A stretch of 64,000 nucleotides of DNA. Origin: Saccostrea cucullata (lineage: Eukaryota). Below are positions 25,001-37,680 of this stretch, piece by piece. Position numbers and translations under genes: made by a program. Positions within the stretch are counted from its first letter, which is position 1. The number at the start of each line of letters is the position of its first letter. The DNA is taken from assembly GCF_032062105.1 (NCBI RefSeq), contig NW_026929887.1, forward strand, positions 248,001 through 312,000, written 5' to 3'. Below the pieces are notes generated by a model. It had not been told where the DNA came from. It was given only the letters and a program-made list of their open reading frames with translations, and searched no databases.

Positions 25001-28000
25001 GGGTTACGTAACAAGATTTGAAATTTTGTAATGTGGTAGGAATACACGTTTCTTTCTCTGTAAGTATTTTTTTCATTTTTTTCAAGCAGACCCTTTCGGC
25101 AAACTATCTCTTTAACTTATCACCTGACACTCGGCAGAATTCAGATTCTGTATAGTTATAATTGCCGCATGTTGAAATAGTGTGATAAAAGTTTGATAAA
25201 ACATGCTTCGCTATAATATGTACATGCCCCCATCTCATCTGTTTATCTTTAGTGATATTAATCTTGTTCATTTTATATCTATCAAGGAAATTATTTAAAT
25301 AAATAAAATTTGATTTGATTTTTTACAAATTAAACTCAAAATAAAAAACTGTCAAGCATGTTCCTAATTTGAATTCTTCAGTTATATCTTTTTGCTATAA
25401 TTTTAATACAAAATTGTACTGAAAGTCATCCAAACTACAGAAAACATGATTATTTCTACATTATTAATTATTAATATATTTGAAATACCATCATATTTTT
25501 CTACAAGGTTAACACCTAACTAAGTAAGCCTTATACATCTTTATTCTTTATTCACAATTTCAAAATGACTGTATTACACAAAAGGTTAATTAAAACACTC
25601 TCAATTTAAAAGGACTTAGATTACTGATAATACTAGGTTTAGGTCAAATAAGAAATATTGAATTTAAAACACAGAGTAAGGAAATGTCACAATGGGCAAT
25701 CACTGTCTAGACTAATACTGCACATGTAATCCAGCTTAATAAAACACACACTTGTCAAGTCAGACATTTAATTTCAGCTGAACATCTACCATTGTGTTTT
25801 AAGACGGAAATGCAAATTCGCTTAAGGTAAAACATCAAACTTGCGCAGTTATATGCACAGGTTAAGAAATCCTGTCTGACAGAGAGTTCATTTTGATGGC
25901 TAAAACTACAGGATATATGGGCGCACACTGTGTACTAGTTGTATTTTTTATGTGAGGTTTTATTTTTTAGTGGCTTTTCTTGAGGATATCGGCAGATGCT
26001 TTAAGATGTTTTTTGATATCAGTAACTGAGAAATTCATATGTTATCTTCATTTTTCCAGAGAAATAAAAAGGGAGAAGATGATGAAAGAATTGAGCCAAC
26101 AGCTCCTACCTTCAGTCTTTGAACAGGCGGACCTGACGATGATTAGCGTTAATTATTGTGAGTATTAAATCCGTACAGCTGTGAACAAGTTTTATGTATA
26201 ATCTCATTAATGTCAGGAAAATTTACTCAGAGGCTGTCAAAATTTTGGGTGGTGTTTGATTTTGTGAGAAACCTGATATAATTTTTTGGGTAAAATTTGA
26301 AATAAATCTTCCTTCTTTTGCCAACCCTAGCAAAAATAACTTCTACTCCCCCTTTACAAGAGATGAGCAAAAGTGGAAACACATCATCTACAAATCAATT
26401 TACCAAAGCATATTAACTGAAATTGAGAAATAATTTTTTTTTATCTGGAAATGATGAAATCTAAACACACTAGTGATAGAACTGATGTCTGCCCACATGA
26501 AATGGAAGATTCTCTCCCTGTGATCCATTAAAACTTCCATTTCACTCCTGCAGATGTTGCTTAAGATGATTATCCCTATACAATGTTTATATATCTCTCT
26601 TTTTAGGACTTCAACACAGAGAAGAGCTCCAGAATTGTGCATCAAATTAACAAAGTCTTCTGGAAAATTAACACTTCTGTTCCAGAAAAAAACATATGTA
26701 CCTTGGTGAAAGGAAATAAAACATTGTTTTATTCGTTTTTCCCTAGCTGGATTCTATTGAAGTCTGGAGGCAAATCTTCATTTCTTCAGACCACTGGAGT
26801 AATATAACTACATTGATCATTATATTCCATAGCACACATTCCCATGGAGACAATGACTAGAGTTCACTCTGATATCACTGGATGAATTCAAAATAATCTG
26901 CAGATCAATTCTCCCTTGGACCATGTGAAGGCAGAGACAAGACATATTTTACTGGAATCCGAATTAAGTTGACTCATTTCAGGCTAATTGTGTCGGTCCA
27001 CCAGTGTGCTGTTGTGAATGGAATTAGCATCTGTTACTGTGTACAGCAGCATCTATCAACAGCTATTTTTTGTGATTTCATTTACACATGAATTTGATCA
27101 TGCTTCACAAGATTGGATGAGAGAATCAACAGCAAGTGCAAAATAATGTACCGTAAGAAAATCGGATAGGGTGTGGGAACTCGTCACAGCAAGGAGCTTG
27201 TTAAAGAAGTTCTTTCTGGATAATTACGAGTTTTTCTGGCAATCCGTGTTGAATAATGCTGCTTTGTTTTTGACTAATAACATTGGATTACAAACCACCA
27301 AAAAAACAAGATGGCCAGGAGTTTCCAAAACAAAAGGATTCTTTTCCTAAAAGTCTTGTTCATTCTCGGTATGAATGTCAACTTAAATATGGCACACAAT
27401 TGTGAGGTTACCTACGGAGCAGACATGATGGCCAACTGCAGCGCTCGGGGGTTAAAGTTCATTCCTTATGACTTACAGCATAATATTGCCAGCTTAGATT
27501 TACAACACAATAATCTCGGAATTATTGAAGAGAATGCATTTGTCAAATATGATCAACTTTACTCCCTGAATTTAGAGAACAATTCCATAACTGAAGTGAA
27601 AGATAATGCTTTTCAGCTACTCAGGAGACTTAAATACTTGAATTTATCAAGAAATAAACTCAAAACAGTGCCATCCGGAGCATTTAGTGATTTACCATCT
27701 TTACATTTATTAAATTTACGTGGAAATATGATCTCAAGCATCAACGACAACGCATTTGTGAAACTTCATTCTCTAAAAGAACTTAATTTAGATGGAAATT
27801 ACATAGAAAATATTGCGCCCGATGCCTTTAAAGGCTTAAACTTTCTACAAGTTATGGATCTACAAAATAACGCTCTGCGTACGCTAACAGAGGGGGTAGT
27901 GCAGCACCTGACGCACCGCATGAAAGCATGGCGATTGTACAATAATCCCTGGTATTGTGACTGCAAGATTGGCTGGCTTTACTCCTATCTGACAACAAGT

Positions 28001-31000
28001 AAAAAAGAATTCAATTTATCATGGAAGTTTAACCAAGGTGAGCCCAAGTGTCAGGGACCTCCCCTGGTAAAGGAAAAATTCTTTTCTCAACTGAACCAAA
28101 GTTATTTTGTGTGCCAAATTGTCATGTATTCAAGTGGACATCAGAAAAACACTAAACTTGGAGAAAATGTCAATTTATTTTGCAAGTATTTTTCCAAGCC
28201 TTTTATTCAGCCCTTGTGGTTCAAAAATGAAGAACAAATAGAACCCATTGAGGGAAGAGTAAGCATTCTCACTACTGGGAAGGAAACTTATACAAGTACT
28301 CTAAGCATCAAAGACTTTCAGTATTCAGACATTGGGGATTACAAATGTCATTTAGAAAATGCCAGGGGGTCCAAAGTCATCTCATACTCTTTGTTAATCC
28401 CAGGGGTGGATCCAGAGAATTTACCCACCACTACTGAGATTTCTTCCCTCCAGCCCCTGGCTATATCTGAATCTCAGAGCAGTGACCATGGTCTAGACAA
28501 AAAGACCATCATTATAATTGCATCAGTAGTCAGTGGATTCATTTTTGCATGTATCATTGTTGGATTACTTATTTTTGTCTGTGTCCGTGTGAAACGTAGC
28601 AAACGACTGAGGAAGGAGGAGCGAAGTTTGACCTTTAAAGAACATCTAAAGACAACAATTCTAAATGAATCTACTATAAGGGAGTCTAAAAGTGACCTCA
28701 AACTTGAGACGACTCTCGAAGAGATCCCCATTGAGAAAGAACCTTTACAAACAGAGGAGGTGGAAGAACAAAATGGCATAAATACATATGTTTCATTCAA
28801 GGCAGGGTATAATGAAAATGAGGACCAATTTTATTCAAGTACAAATACAAACAGAACCAAGGAGAGTGATAGTTCTAACTGTGAGTCCACCTCTCCCTTA
28901 CTGGAGAATTTCTCCCCTATTAGGAGTGACTCTTACGACCCTCTGTTTGAATCTACTCCACACTCTTTCTACAACATGCCCAAAGCCAGCACACTGAACT
29001 CTAGGTACCTGAACTCTGACAGTTCTTATGATACCTATTTATCTTATACCCCCTGTAGCACCTTGTCACATACAGGCCCATATTCTCTGCCACCTCACGG
29101 ACACATAGCGGGCACACTGCCCAGCAAAAGGACTAGTGTCTCAGCAGGTTACTTAAACTCATTACCTCCTAAAAAGCCACCCCGATTATTCCACTCCAGG
29201 GATAATATGTCTCTTACATCACAAAACTCTCAAACAAGTGACTATGGAGAACAAAAACTTAAACTCTCTCTACCCAGACCTGGAACTGTGGATAGCTATG
29301 GGACAGCAGTGTAGAGAGTTGTCTGCCCCTTTCACCTGCCAAAATGTAGTTCATAATATACCAAAGTATTCTTTTACTATGTTACTTAAGAAGATTTCTA
29401 AATAGTGCAATGGAGAAAATGTTATAGAATTTATTTTTATGATGGATCTGCACTGGTTGTTCTTATCTTCATTGACAAGTACTATCGAGATGACTTTTTC
29501 ATTATAAATGTATACATTCCATTTGAATATTTGTCGTCAAAAACTTGTTGAGAATGACTATGTACATAAATTCCTGGCTCTGTTCTACAAAAACATTTGC
29601 AGTTGTATAAAGTGTAATGAAATACAAAAAAATTACTACATGTTGGCATCTCTTCAAGTTAATTACGCTGGGATGTGTTTTATCTTTAAACATTTGGGTG
29701 GATATTTACATATCAAGCCTGATGCTGCCCGTGGTCTTGTTTTTATTAAGGAATTTGATAGATTGACCAATTTTCATTTGCCAGTTTTCTGTGACCTTCA
29801 TACAAACATCTCATACCAATCTGTAAACATTAGTGTTCTTGTCAATCTTTCCAAAGGTAATTTTTTTAGAAGCTTTTGGTTTTGTGTTTTTTTTTTTTAC
29901 TTTGTGCATTACCTGGTAACTCAGTGCTTTTTATTGCATGCCTAGTTTTATTGTATGTAGTGCTATGACTTCTGATAAATAGGAATATTTTGACAAAAGA
30001 TTTTTTTCCTGGGCAGGTTTTGCCTGCTTTTATCAAGTAATCAGAACCATAAGCACTTTTTTTGGTTACACTTATTAACATGGCCTAGATGAGATATGAA
30101 TGGTGTAAAAAAGGAGCTTTTGTTTATTTGTTTCAACACATTCTGTGAATATCATTGTTTCATTTATATTTGTGCTATATGTATTAGTTTCAAGGAATGC
30201 TCAATTTTCAAACAAAATAATAAATTTTGCTTGTTTTTTGCTAGTCTGTTTCTTTTTACTTTTTTCCACCCTTAGGTTACAGATACTGTTAAAGGAAAAA
30301 AAATATTAAATAAGATACTTCAGTGTAGAAAAAAGTTTGCCTATCCCCACTCTGAATGATAAATAGACCTCCTATTAGAAATGCACCTGTAGAGCATTTA
30401 AACTTAGTTGAAAATTGATTTTACAGTAAATGTAATTTTAAAAGGGACAAATAGATCCATTTATCATCAACTCTGCATGTGGAAAATGAGTTGGTAAAGT
30501 AAATCCCACAAAAAGTGATAATACATGCTGAAGGCATTATATAGACCCTCTCTATCATTTCGAGGATTCCATGAGAAGCTCATTGAAGCACATTAAATTG
30601 TTTGATCATTTTGTGTAATTTGCAAAATAGCAAATGTGATGTAATTGAAAGTTTGACATATTCAGGGAATTTTTACTCTCTAACATTATGTGCTCAGAAC
30701 TGTAATGGATTCACAGAGTTGGTTCCCATACCCAGTAAAAATTAAGAATCTCCCAACATATATCCCTACATTTCTTTTGCTCTTATACAAGTTTACAAAA
30801 TACCAGACCTTATTACTTTTCATAAAAGAAAGTTATGGCAAATTAAATATAAAAATTGTTGCATCACCTAATGAAATATTAGACGTAGAATTTATGAAAC
30901 TTGCAGAGTTGGTAAAGTCACTATATGCCTTACATTAATATTAATGATTGCAAATTTCCAAGGAAAATGTACAACTAAAATAATACCACACGGAAAAAAA

Positions 31001-34000
31001 GTACTTCTACAGTACTTGATTTTACAGGGAATTTATGAAACTTGCACAGGTTGTAAATCAGCTATTTTCAACTAATGATTGCAATGACGCACTATAACTT
31101 TTTTCACCATACACTTTTCAAATGTATTTTTTACATCCTCTATACAGATCATTGAATGAAGTAAAAATATGGAGAATAAAAGATTATCAAAAAATGAATT
31201 GTATATATACAATTATGTATACAACACCTTACATACACTCCAACAGCCCAGGAGTAACAGGTGGAAAGTACTGTGGATCACCAAAGTTTTACAATAACTT
31301 TAATATTAATATTTGAACAAGATTGTCTTTTTTTTTAATTTATGAGTAAGACTTAATTCTGTTTCTTATACTAATAACCTTTTATGATAAAAATTTAAAA
31401 TTAAATTTTCACAAGCAGACAACCTTGCAAAATTATGCAAAAATAAAGTTTATCAAATGAAAATATATTTACTGTACACTATTATCAAGACACATTTTAA
31501 AGTTATGTGGCATCAGTAACTCACTCACTCTCTCTCTCTCTCTTGGCCACCTCAAAAAATCCATCAGATTGGTCCAATTAATCATTTCATTTTTTTTACC
31601 CGTTTTATATACTTGTTATGATTATGCCACTGGTAAAATCAACTGCGAGATGAATTAAAATTAGGACTTATTCAAATATTTTTTAAACCTTAAAAATGAA
31701 AACGTAACTTTTAAGTACAAGATAATTTTCAAAATAACACACTTTGTGATAAATATCCAGCCCATGCAGTAGTCATCTCTTCAGAGCTGAACGTTGGAGA
31801 AGGATACAAGAGTTGTCTTTCCTGATTTCTATGATTTCTAACTAGAATATGACAACATATATAAACACTTACCTTTTGTGTAATATGATCAAAGTTAATT
31901 CCAAGTTCTACAAAAGAAAGTTAAAAATTAGAAAAATATTATGAGGAAATAAGCTGGTCTTTAATATCAATACTTTTAAAAACAAAGTTATGCTTTGAAA
32001 TACACCCATAAACAGCTTCTATCCTACTGTTTGACTTAATAACAAACCTTTCTTAGTTACATTTATTTTCATATTTAGTGATAAAATTCCTAAATCTAAG
32101 CATCTTGCCAGTACAAAAATATTACAAAAACATATTGAAATGTATTGCAATATACCAAGATATCAATATTTTTTCCCAGCCCTATGACAAAACGTGATGA
32201 GAAAAGCTCACTTGAGATTTTAACTAAAGCGATCTAAAAAGTGTGGAAAACCAGGTGGGTTAAGAGTACTGACTTACAGATGGACAGGGAGACAGATAAG
32301 GAACATTTCCTTCTGGTTTCACCATTAAAAGGCTTATAAAACCATAATGTGAATTTCATCAAAATTTGAAATTAATTGTTTGAAACATAAGCTTACGGAT
32401 AGATGTAACACTAACTGTTGGAGCCACATGTATACTGAGAGCAAAAAAACCCACTCACCTTCCAACAGAGGGGGCTCGTCTTCATAGCTGTCTGAACTAC
32501 TGGGACTGGCATAGGTAGCACTCATGTCCGGTGTCATGATGGAGCCCGTGTACATATTGGACTGGGGAGCTGAGTACTGCTGCTCTGAGCCGTACCCCTG
32601 ACTGTAGTCAAACTGGCCAAACTGCCTACAAGGATTTACTTTCAATTAATGCATGGGGGTGTTTGACATTCTAAATTTTAGACATCTTTGATATGACAGT
32701 CATATAATATATTAAGGCATTTTGTTATTGTTTTTTTTAAACTTACCAAAAATGAGCAATTAAAAGTTGTAAATGAAATATTAATTTTGAACATTTTGAA
32801 CAATCAACTTAAAGATTTATGCATAAGATGAAAGAATCAAGAGGCCCATGGGCCTTATAGGTCACCTGAGTATCATGCGACAACTTTCCAATAATTGAAT
32901 TTGATTCATGTTTTAAACTAGAGGCCATGAAATTCACAATTTTGAAAGAGGTACCATTGCTTATCATAATTATACACTCAGCATGCTTATTTTGGTTACA
33001 TGTACCCAGAGGTAGATCAGAGTAACAAAGAGAAAATGCATTTCCACTTTTAGTGAATTTCAGGGCCCCTGGGTCAGGGCTTCTTGTGTTAGGGAGGGTC
33101 CACAGTGGAGCTCCCCATCCCACAGGAACCACTGTGTCACGAAAATTTTGGAAATTTTTAAAAATTTTATTTCATAATGCTGTTGATTAATACCAAAGTG
33201 CAGATTTCAAAGCATTATATTATTTCAGACTGTTACCCCCCCCCCCACCACAAATTACCTCTGTCCCAGGGGCAAGGAAATTAACCATTTTTGGAAGAAG
33301 CAGGTTTTTTTGTCATTAATATATACTAAGATCATTGGCATTATACCCAACAACAAAGGAAAAGATTTTCAAAGAATTCATACATATTCACTATATAAAC
33401 ATTAGACCATCCTAACACATTTATTTTTATACCCAGGGACCCTGAAATTAAAAAATCTCAAAGAGCATTTCCTCCTCATTAATATGTACATAGTTCATTG
33501 GTTAAATACATAGGTGCAGAAAAGAAGAGTTTTAAAGAATTTATGCATTTTCACTATATGATTAATAAAGCCCTGCCCTAGCACCAGAACCCCCAACCCA
33601 GGGGTCATGAAATTCACAATTTTGAAAAAGGTAGCCTTATTCAACATAACTATGTACTTGGTTAGTTTATTTAATACTCAGGAGCAAAGAAGAAGATTTC
33701 AAAAGAAAAATAATTCATTTTTTACTATATAATCTATATAGGCCCTTATAAAACCATAATGCCATGAAATTCACAATTTTGAAATTAATCGTTATTCAAC
33801 ATAACTATACACTTGGTTAGTTTATTTGATGCCCATAACAGAAAAGAAGAATTTCAAAGAATTTATGCATTTTCACTATATAATCAAAAAGCCCCGCCCT
33901 AGCACTTCCAACCTGGGGCCATGAAATTCACAATTTTGGAAAAGGTGGTCATTTTCAACTTAACTATGCACTTGGTTAGTTATTTAATGCCCAGGTGCAG

Positions 34001-34724
34001 AAAAGAAGAATTACAAAGAAATAATGCATTTTCACTATATAACCTGTTTAGCCCCGCCCTAGCACTAGAACCCCTGACCCTCAGCCTGGGGCCATGAATT
34101 TCACAATTTTGGCAGAGGATTCAATGCTGATTACAATTATACCAACAGTTTGACTGCTTGATGTCCAGGAGTAAAGAAGAATATTTTTAAAGATTGCACT
34201 AATTTTAGTGGTTTTTGCCCCCCCCAGGCCCCATGGGGGCAGGGACCATGAAATTCATAATTTTTGTTCCCCTTCACCCATAGATGCTATATGCCAAATT
34301 TGGTTGAAATTGGTTCAGTGGTTTCAGAGAAGAAGCTAAAATATTCAAATGTTAACGCAAGACAAACGAACAATCAACTTACAGATTTTTGCATAAGATG
34401 AAAGAAAAAATTAAAGAGGGTTTACTAGACTTATCAAACTGTCATATGAACTTGATGTCAAAACATGTAAAATAGCAAACAAATTTAACAGTGATATAAT
34501 ACTTCAAAGAGAGATATATCTTGGACATAAAATGTATTGATATGATCATATCAAAACAATTTAAATAATTAAATGATACATGGATGTCCCCTCTTTAAAT
34601 AAACTAAAATTTTTACTTACGTCTCCTGTCCATACTGTCCACCTCCCATGTCATAATTCGTGTTCTGTTCATAACTGTACCCCCCACTGTAAAACCCATC
34701 ATTGCCTGCAAACTCTCCAGACAT
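9841..34724 (-). CDS. YIPF5: Protein YIPF5 (Yip1 family), 6 coding exons, 253 aa
   Basis: Exons 34724-34621, 32625-32459, 31907-31873, 10889-10779, 10462-10281, 10003-9841 total 762 nt, all GT-AG and in phase. Motifs [84 protein letters not shown]. Confidence 0.95.
11667..12147. mobile_element. Non-autonomous DNA transposon, Kolobok-like (TTAA site, GG termini)
   Basis: ttaa-ggct...cttggttctcaggcc and ggcctgagaaccaag...ggcc-taa form ~35-bp imperfect TIRs. Confidence 0.55.
13675..16182 (-). mobile_element. Helentron-associated non-autonomous element (HINE) with ~167-bp tandem monomers and nested insertions
   Basis: One end is aacaagaggcccacgggcc..ggtcacctgag; the other has a gacg microsatellite and the palindrome ggtcacctgagtttactcaggtgacc followed by an A run. 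Monomers start at ~15409, 15575 and 15743. Confidence 0.75.
14532..14984. mobile_element. Young foldback MITE with ~155-bp near-perfect TIRs and 5-bp TSD ATAGC
   Basis: CAGGTCCAGCACAATACCCCGATAAAGG...CCTTTATCGGGGTATTGTGCTGGACCTG; ATAGC at 14527-14531 and 14985-14989. Confidence 0.9.
27311..29314 (+). CDS. Kekkon/LRRC24-like single-pass LRR-Ig receptor, intronless CDS, nested in the YIPF5 intron
   Basis: 667-aa ORF: hydrophobic N-terminus, LRRNT cysteines, 7 LxLxxNxL-type repeats, LRRCT NPWYCDC..CQGP, one Ig domain (NLFC..W..DIGDYKC), [28 protein letters not shown] followed by basic residues, Ser/Pro-rich tail ending GTAV. Confidence 0.9.
   Translation: MARSFQNKRILFLKVLFILGMNVNLNMAHNCEVTYGADMMANCSARGLKFIPYDLQHNIASLDLQHNNLGIIEENAFVKYDQLYSLNLENNSITEVKDNAFQLLRRLKYLNLSRNKLKTVPSGAFSDLPSLHLLNLRGNMISSINDNAFVKLHSLKELNLDGNYIENIAPDAFKGLNFLQVMDLQNNALRTLTEGVVQHLTHRMKAWRLYNNPWYCDCKIGWLYSYLTTSKKEFNLSWKFNQGEPKCQGPPLVKEKFFSQLNQSYFVCQIVMYSSGHQKNTKLGENVNLFCKYFSKPFIQPLWFKNEEQIEPIEGRVSILTTGKETYTSTLSIKDFQYSDIGDYKCHLENARGSKVISYSLLIPGVDPENLPTTTEISSLQPLAISESQSSDHGLDKKTIIIIASVVSGFIFACIIVGLLIFVCVRVKRSKRLRKEERSLTFKEHLKTTILNESTIRESKSDLKLETTLEEIPIEKEPLQTEEVEEQNGINTYVSFKAGYNENEDQFYSSTNTNRTKESDSSNCESTSPLLENFSPIRSDSYDPLFESTPHSFYNMPKASTLNSRYLNSDSSYDTYLSYTPCSTLSHTGPYSLPPHGHIAGTLPSKRTSVSAGYLNSLPPKKPPRLFHSRDNMSLTSQNSQTSDYGEQKLKLSLPRPGTVDSYGTAV
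32837..34367 (-). mobile_element. HINE copy, same family as 13675-16182, truncated at the palindrome end
   Basis: Starts caagaggcccatgggccttataggtcacctgagtatcatg, has several ~160-170-bp monomers, and ends after aaatgttaacgca without the terminal palindrome. Confidence 0.75.
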
Positions 34725-34969
34725 TCTGCAAAAAAGAAACCTTAAGTGTACAAGTATTGTATACATTGCAGGGTTATTTTTGCTCTTTGTTATTTTTGCC
34801 CTTTTGCACTTGTTAACAATTTTGCTCTCTTTTCAATTTGCCACAGTCACAGTTCTGTTTAAGTTATATATAGAGTACCTTTTAGTGAGTGGATCTTCAG
34901 ATATCAGACTTGGAGAACAATTAGCCCCCTTGACTGATATCTGAACATATACTCATTATTAATATAAGA

Positions 34970-35490
34970 TTAGATAATATTTATTTAAAGTCGGGTATAT
35001 CAAACAAAGAACATTAGCTCTGAAGAGCTATTTTCATACTACATAATAATAATAATATTACATAAAATACAACAATCATACATAATAAACCAGAAACAGC
35101 TTTTAAAATTTACATCACACTACTAAAATATCACTATTACTCCGTGATGCTTTACAATGACATAGTATTCATCACATTAAGACCAATAAACTGAGAATAA
35201 ATTAAACCCTGTTTACTAGTTAAGTAGTTTCTATAAATAAAATTAGCGACAAGCACAGCAATTACTGTGAATTACACCAATTTCCATACCAACTTCTTAT
35301 ATTTGATTTGAACTGGTTAAAAGTAGTAATATTTCTAAAAGATTCTGGTAAAGAATTCCAGTTTGGCGAACTCAATTATCTAAAAGACTTCAACCCATAT
35401 GTTGTTTATCTTGTTTTTGGTAAAAAAGCAGTAAAAGGTACTATATGTTTTGTATCATTGTTTTCAGGCAGTGAGTTACCCATGATCGAT
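34970..35490 (-). mobile_element. Degenerate LINE 3' fragment (CR1/L2-like)
   Basis: Minus strand gives frameshifted KSFR..AKL/WNSLPESFR, typical of CR1/L2 ORF2 C-termini, followed by an AT-rich tail containing aataaa. Confidence 0.5.
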
Positions 35491-36182
35491 TCACATTAAT
35501 AGCATGTAATTCAACTGTATGCTCATGCACTGAGTAAGGCATGATCTTTCAAAATTTCATAAAATTTTATTTGATCAATGAAAAAAAAGAGCATAGCAGA
35601 GTGTATAGGAATGTATAGCAAAGTATAGCAATGTATTTCTTGAACTTAATAACTAGCTCAACTAATCAAGGATGACAGTTGTGATTTTTAATTTATGCTA
35701 TGGCAATTCTTAGTGGAAACCAAAATTATGATGGAAAATTCCTTATGTCAGTAAATCCTAACACTGGTTAAATACCAAATGGACAATTTAAATGTTCAAC
35801 GTTAATACCCAAAAAAATCAAAATCACTTTTGACGAACATGTACAGCGATTTTCTACATTACTGAATGCAGCGTTTTGTGTTGGACTTAATAAAACTCGG
35901 AAAATCCACCTCATTTCCTGTTACAGTATTACAATGTGTGTGGTTTGTAATGCTTTGTAAAGTTTATTGGAGTCAAAAAGGTTCATTTAAAATTGTGCTG
36001 AGTGAATTTTATTTTGGATTTAAAAATAGACGTACGAAATAAAACTGGCTATTTTGTTTATAGTGAGCACAGTGAGAGTCTCTGTTCAAAAAGCAAGCTC
36101 GATAAAATAACATGTAAGAACAAAGGAAATCAGGAATGAAATCTGTACATAAGTCAGGCAAATTTTCCCAGAATTCCTTCGT

Positions 36183-36517
36183 TAGGAGTGAAACGGTTCA
36201 CCGCGGTATTTTTTCTCGGTTCGATACACGGTACAAAATCTCTGCTTTCGGTTCGGTTCATTTTACGGTCGGGATCGTCATTCAGTCGGGTTTGGCATAA
36301 GGAAATCAGAAACGTAAGTTTGTGTGGACTTGAAGTTTGTAAAATAATTTTTAACAGTCAAATCAATTAAATTGATACATTCTATCCATTTTGCACATAA
36401 ATTATTTTACTAGATTAAGTAAAAGGTAGCATAAAACAACATTGAATCTGTTTCCTTCTATCAAAAATCGTATCGAAAATACAAAAGACGTGAAGGAGGC
36501 GTATCGTTTCACCCCTA
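36183..36517. mobile_element. hAT-type MITE with 8-bp TSD TCCTTCGT
   Basis: TIRs TAGGAGTGAAACG / CGTTTCACCCCTA; TSD at 36175-36182 and 36518-36525. Confidence 0.85.
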
Positions 36518-37369
36518 TCCTTCGTTACCAGTGTTCCATGGGAAATTATTACAAAATGTACAAAAGACAGAATAATTGTTCATACCAAGATATGTTCACT
36601 TTTAATTTCTTTATTTGCAGAGAGCTTAAAAGAAACAAAAAATATTTTCATAATTTTTAGTTGACATCATATTTCGATAAATATTACACAACATCTGTAG
36701 TCTCGTTCAACCAGGCGCTTGGCTGTCTCTATTAATTCTGATGTCATGTGACAAAACAGAGTCACAGTCAAGACTTTGTCTCGTGTTGTGAGGGTTAGAG
36801 TTAGAGTTAGGTGGCCAGTGTTTGGGTTTAAGGTTGGTTTAAGAGTTAGAGACTAGATTAGGGTGCAAGTGCTAGGGATGTTTGTCAAGAAGAGGTGGAT
36901 CAAAAAGATGTAAGCTGTGTATAAGACTGGCTGACTGCGCTTGCCCAAATGGTCACACCGTAAAACATATTATTTTTCCTTATTCAGTGTTATTCAAGGT
37001 TCCATCATCATCCTGGCGTGCTCTATGATTAAGATGATCTTGATAGAGCATTGTTGTTAGATCACAATATATGATGTATAAAAAAACCCAGAGTGGTCTT
37101 CAAAAGAAATACATTACAACAAATTGTTGAAAAATTATATAATTTAAACAAAATAAGTATATCCGCTAGCCCTAACGGTCACATCTTCAACATATTACTT
37201 GACAGAGGATTTTCGAACAAAACTGGCCAAGGTATGACTTTTTGATTTAACTGTCTTTTATCCTTACAAAGTGAAGAGGTATCCATTTTCAATATTAAGA
37301 ATCATTATCAATATATACTTGACACATCTGGAATTGTTTTACACATACAAAAGAAAAATACCGGCTTTA

Positions 37370-37680
37370 ATACCTAATTTTGATGTTTTGTATCGTTCTT
37401 TGCAGCTGACGTGTTGTTACCGGAAGTATGTATAATTTAAAAATCGAGCCCGATGTATTTTTACCATGTAACTAGAATAAAAATGTCAGAATAGTATACA
37501 ACTTGGAAGACTGTCTCCTCATAAATTTATTCGATAGATAAATAAAGTTTTAAAACAGTATGATTATATAATGATTCAGACTCAGTACACAGATAACGAT
37601 TTCTTATCTTTAGTATTTATTATCGGGATCGATCTACTTGTTAGAAGTCCTTTTCCGGTTACCATAACCAAATAGGTACG
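37370..37680. promoter_or_regulatory. Probable bidirectional YIPF5/RPL9 promoter with a TCT/5'TOP start
   Basis: CTTTTCC at ~37650 is followed by a short exon ending AG|GTACG (37675). ETS-type CCGGAAGT at ~37420, a minus-strand donor near 37372, and locally raised CpG. Confidence 0.55.

Noticed and set aside
29508-29945. 145-aa ORF downstream of the LRR-Ig gene
   Set aside because: Falls in the probable 3' UTR, with AT-rich composition and no motifs.
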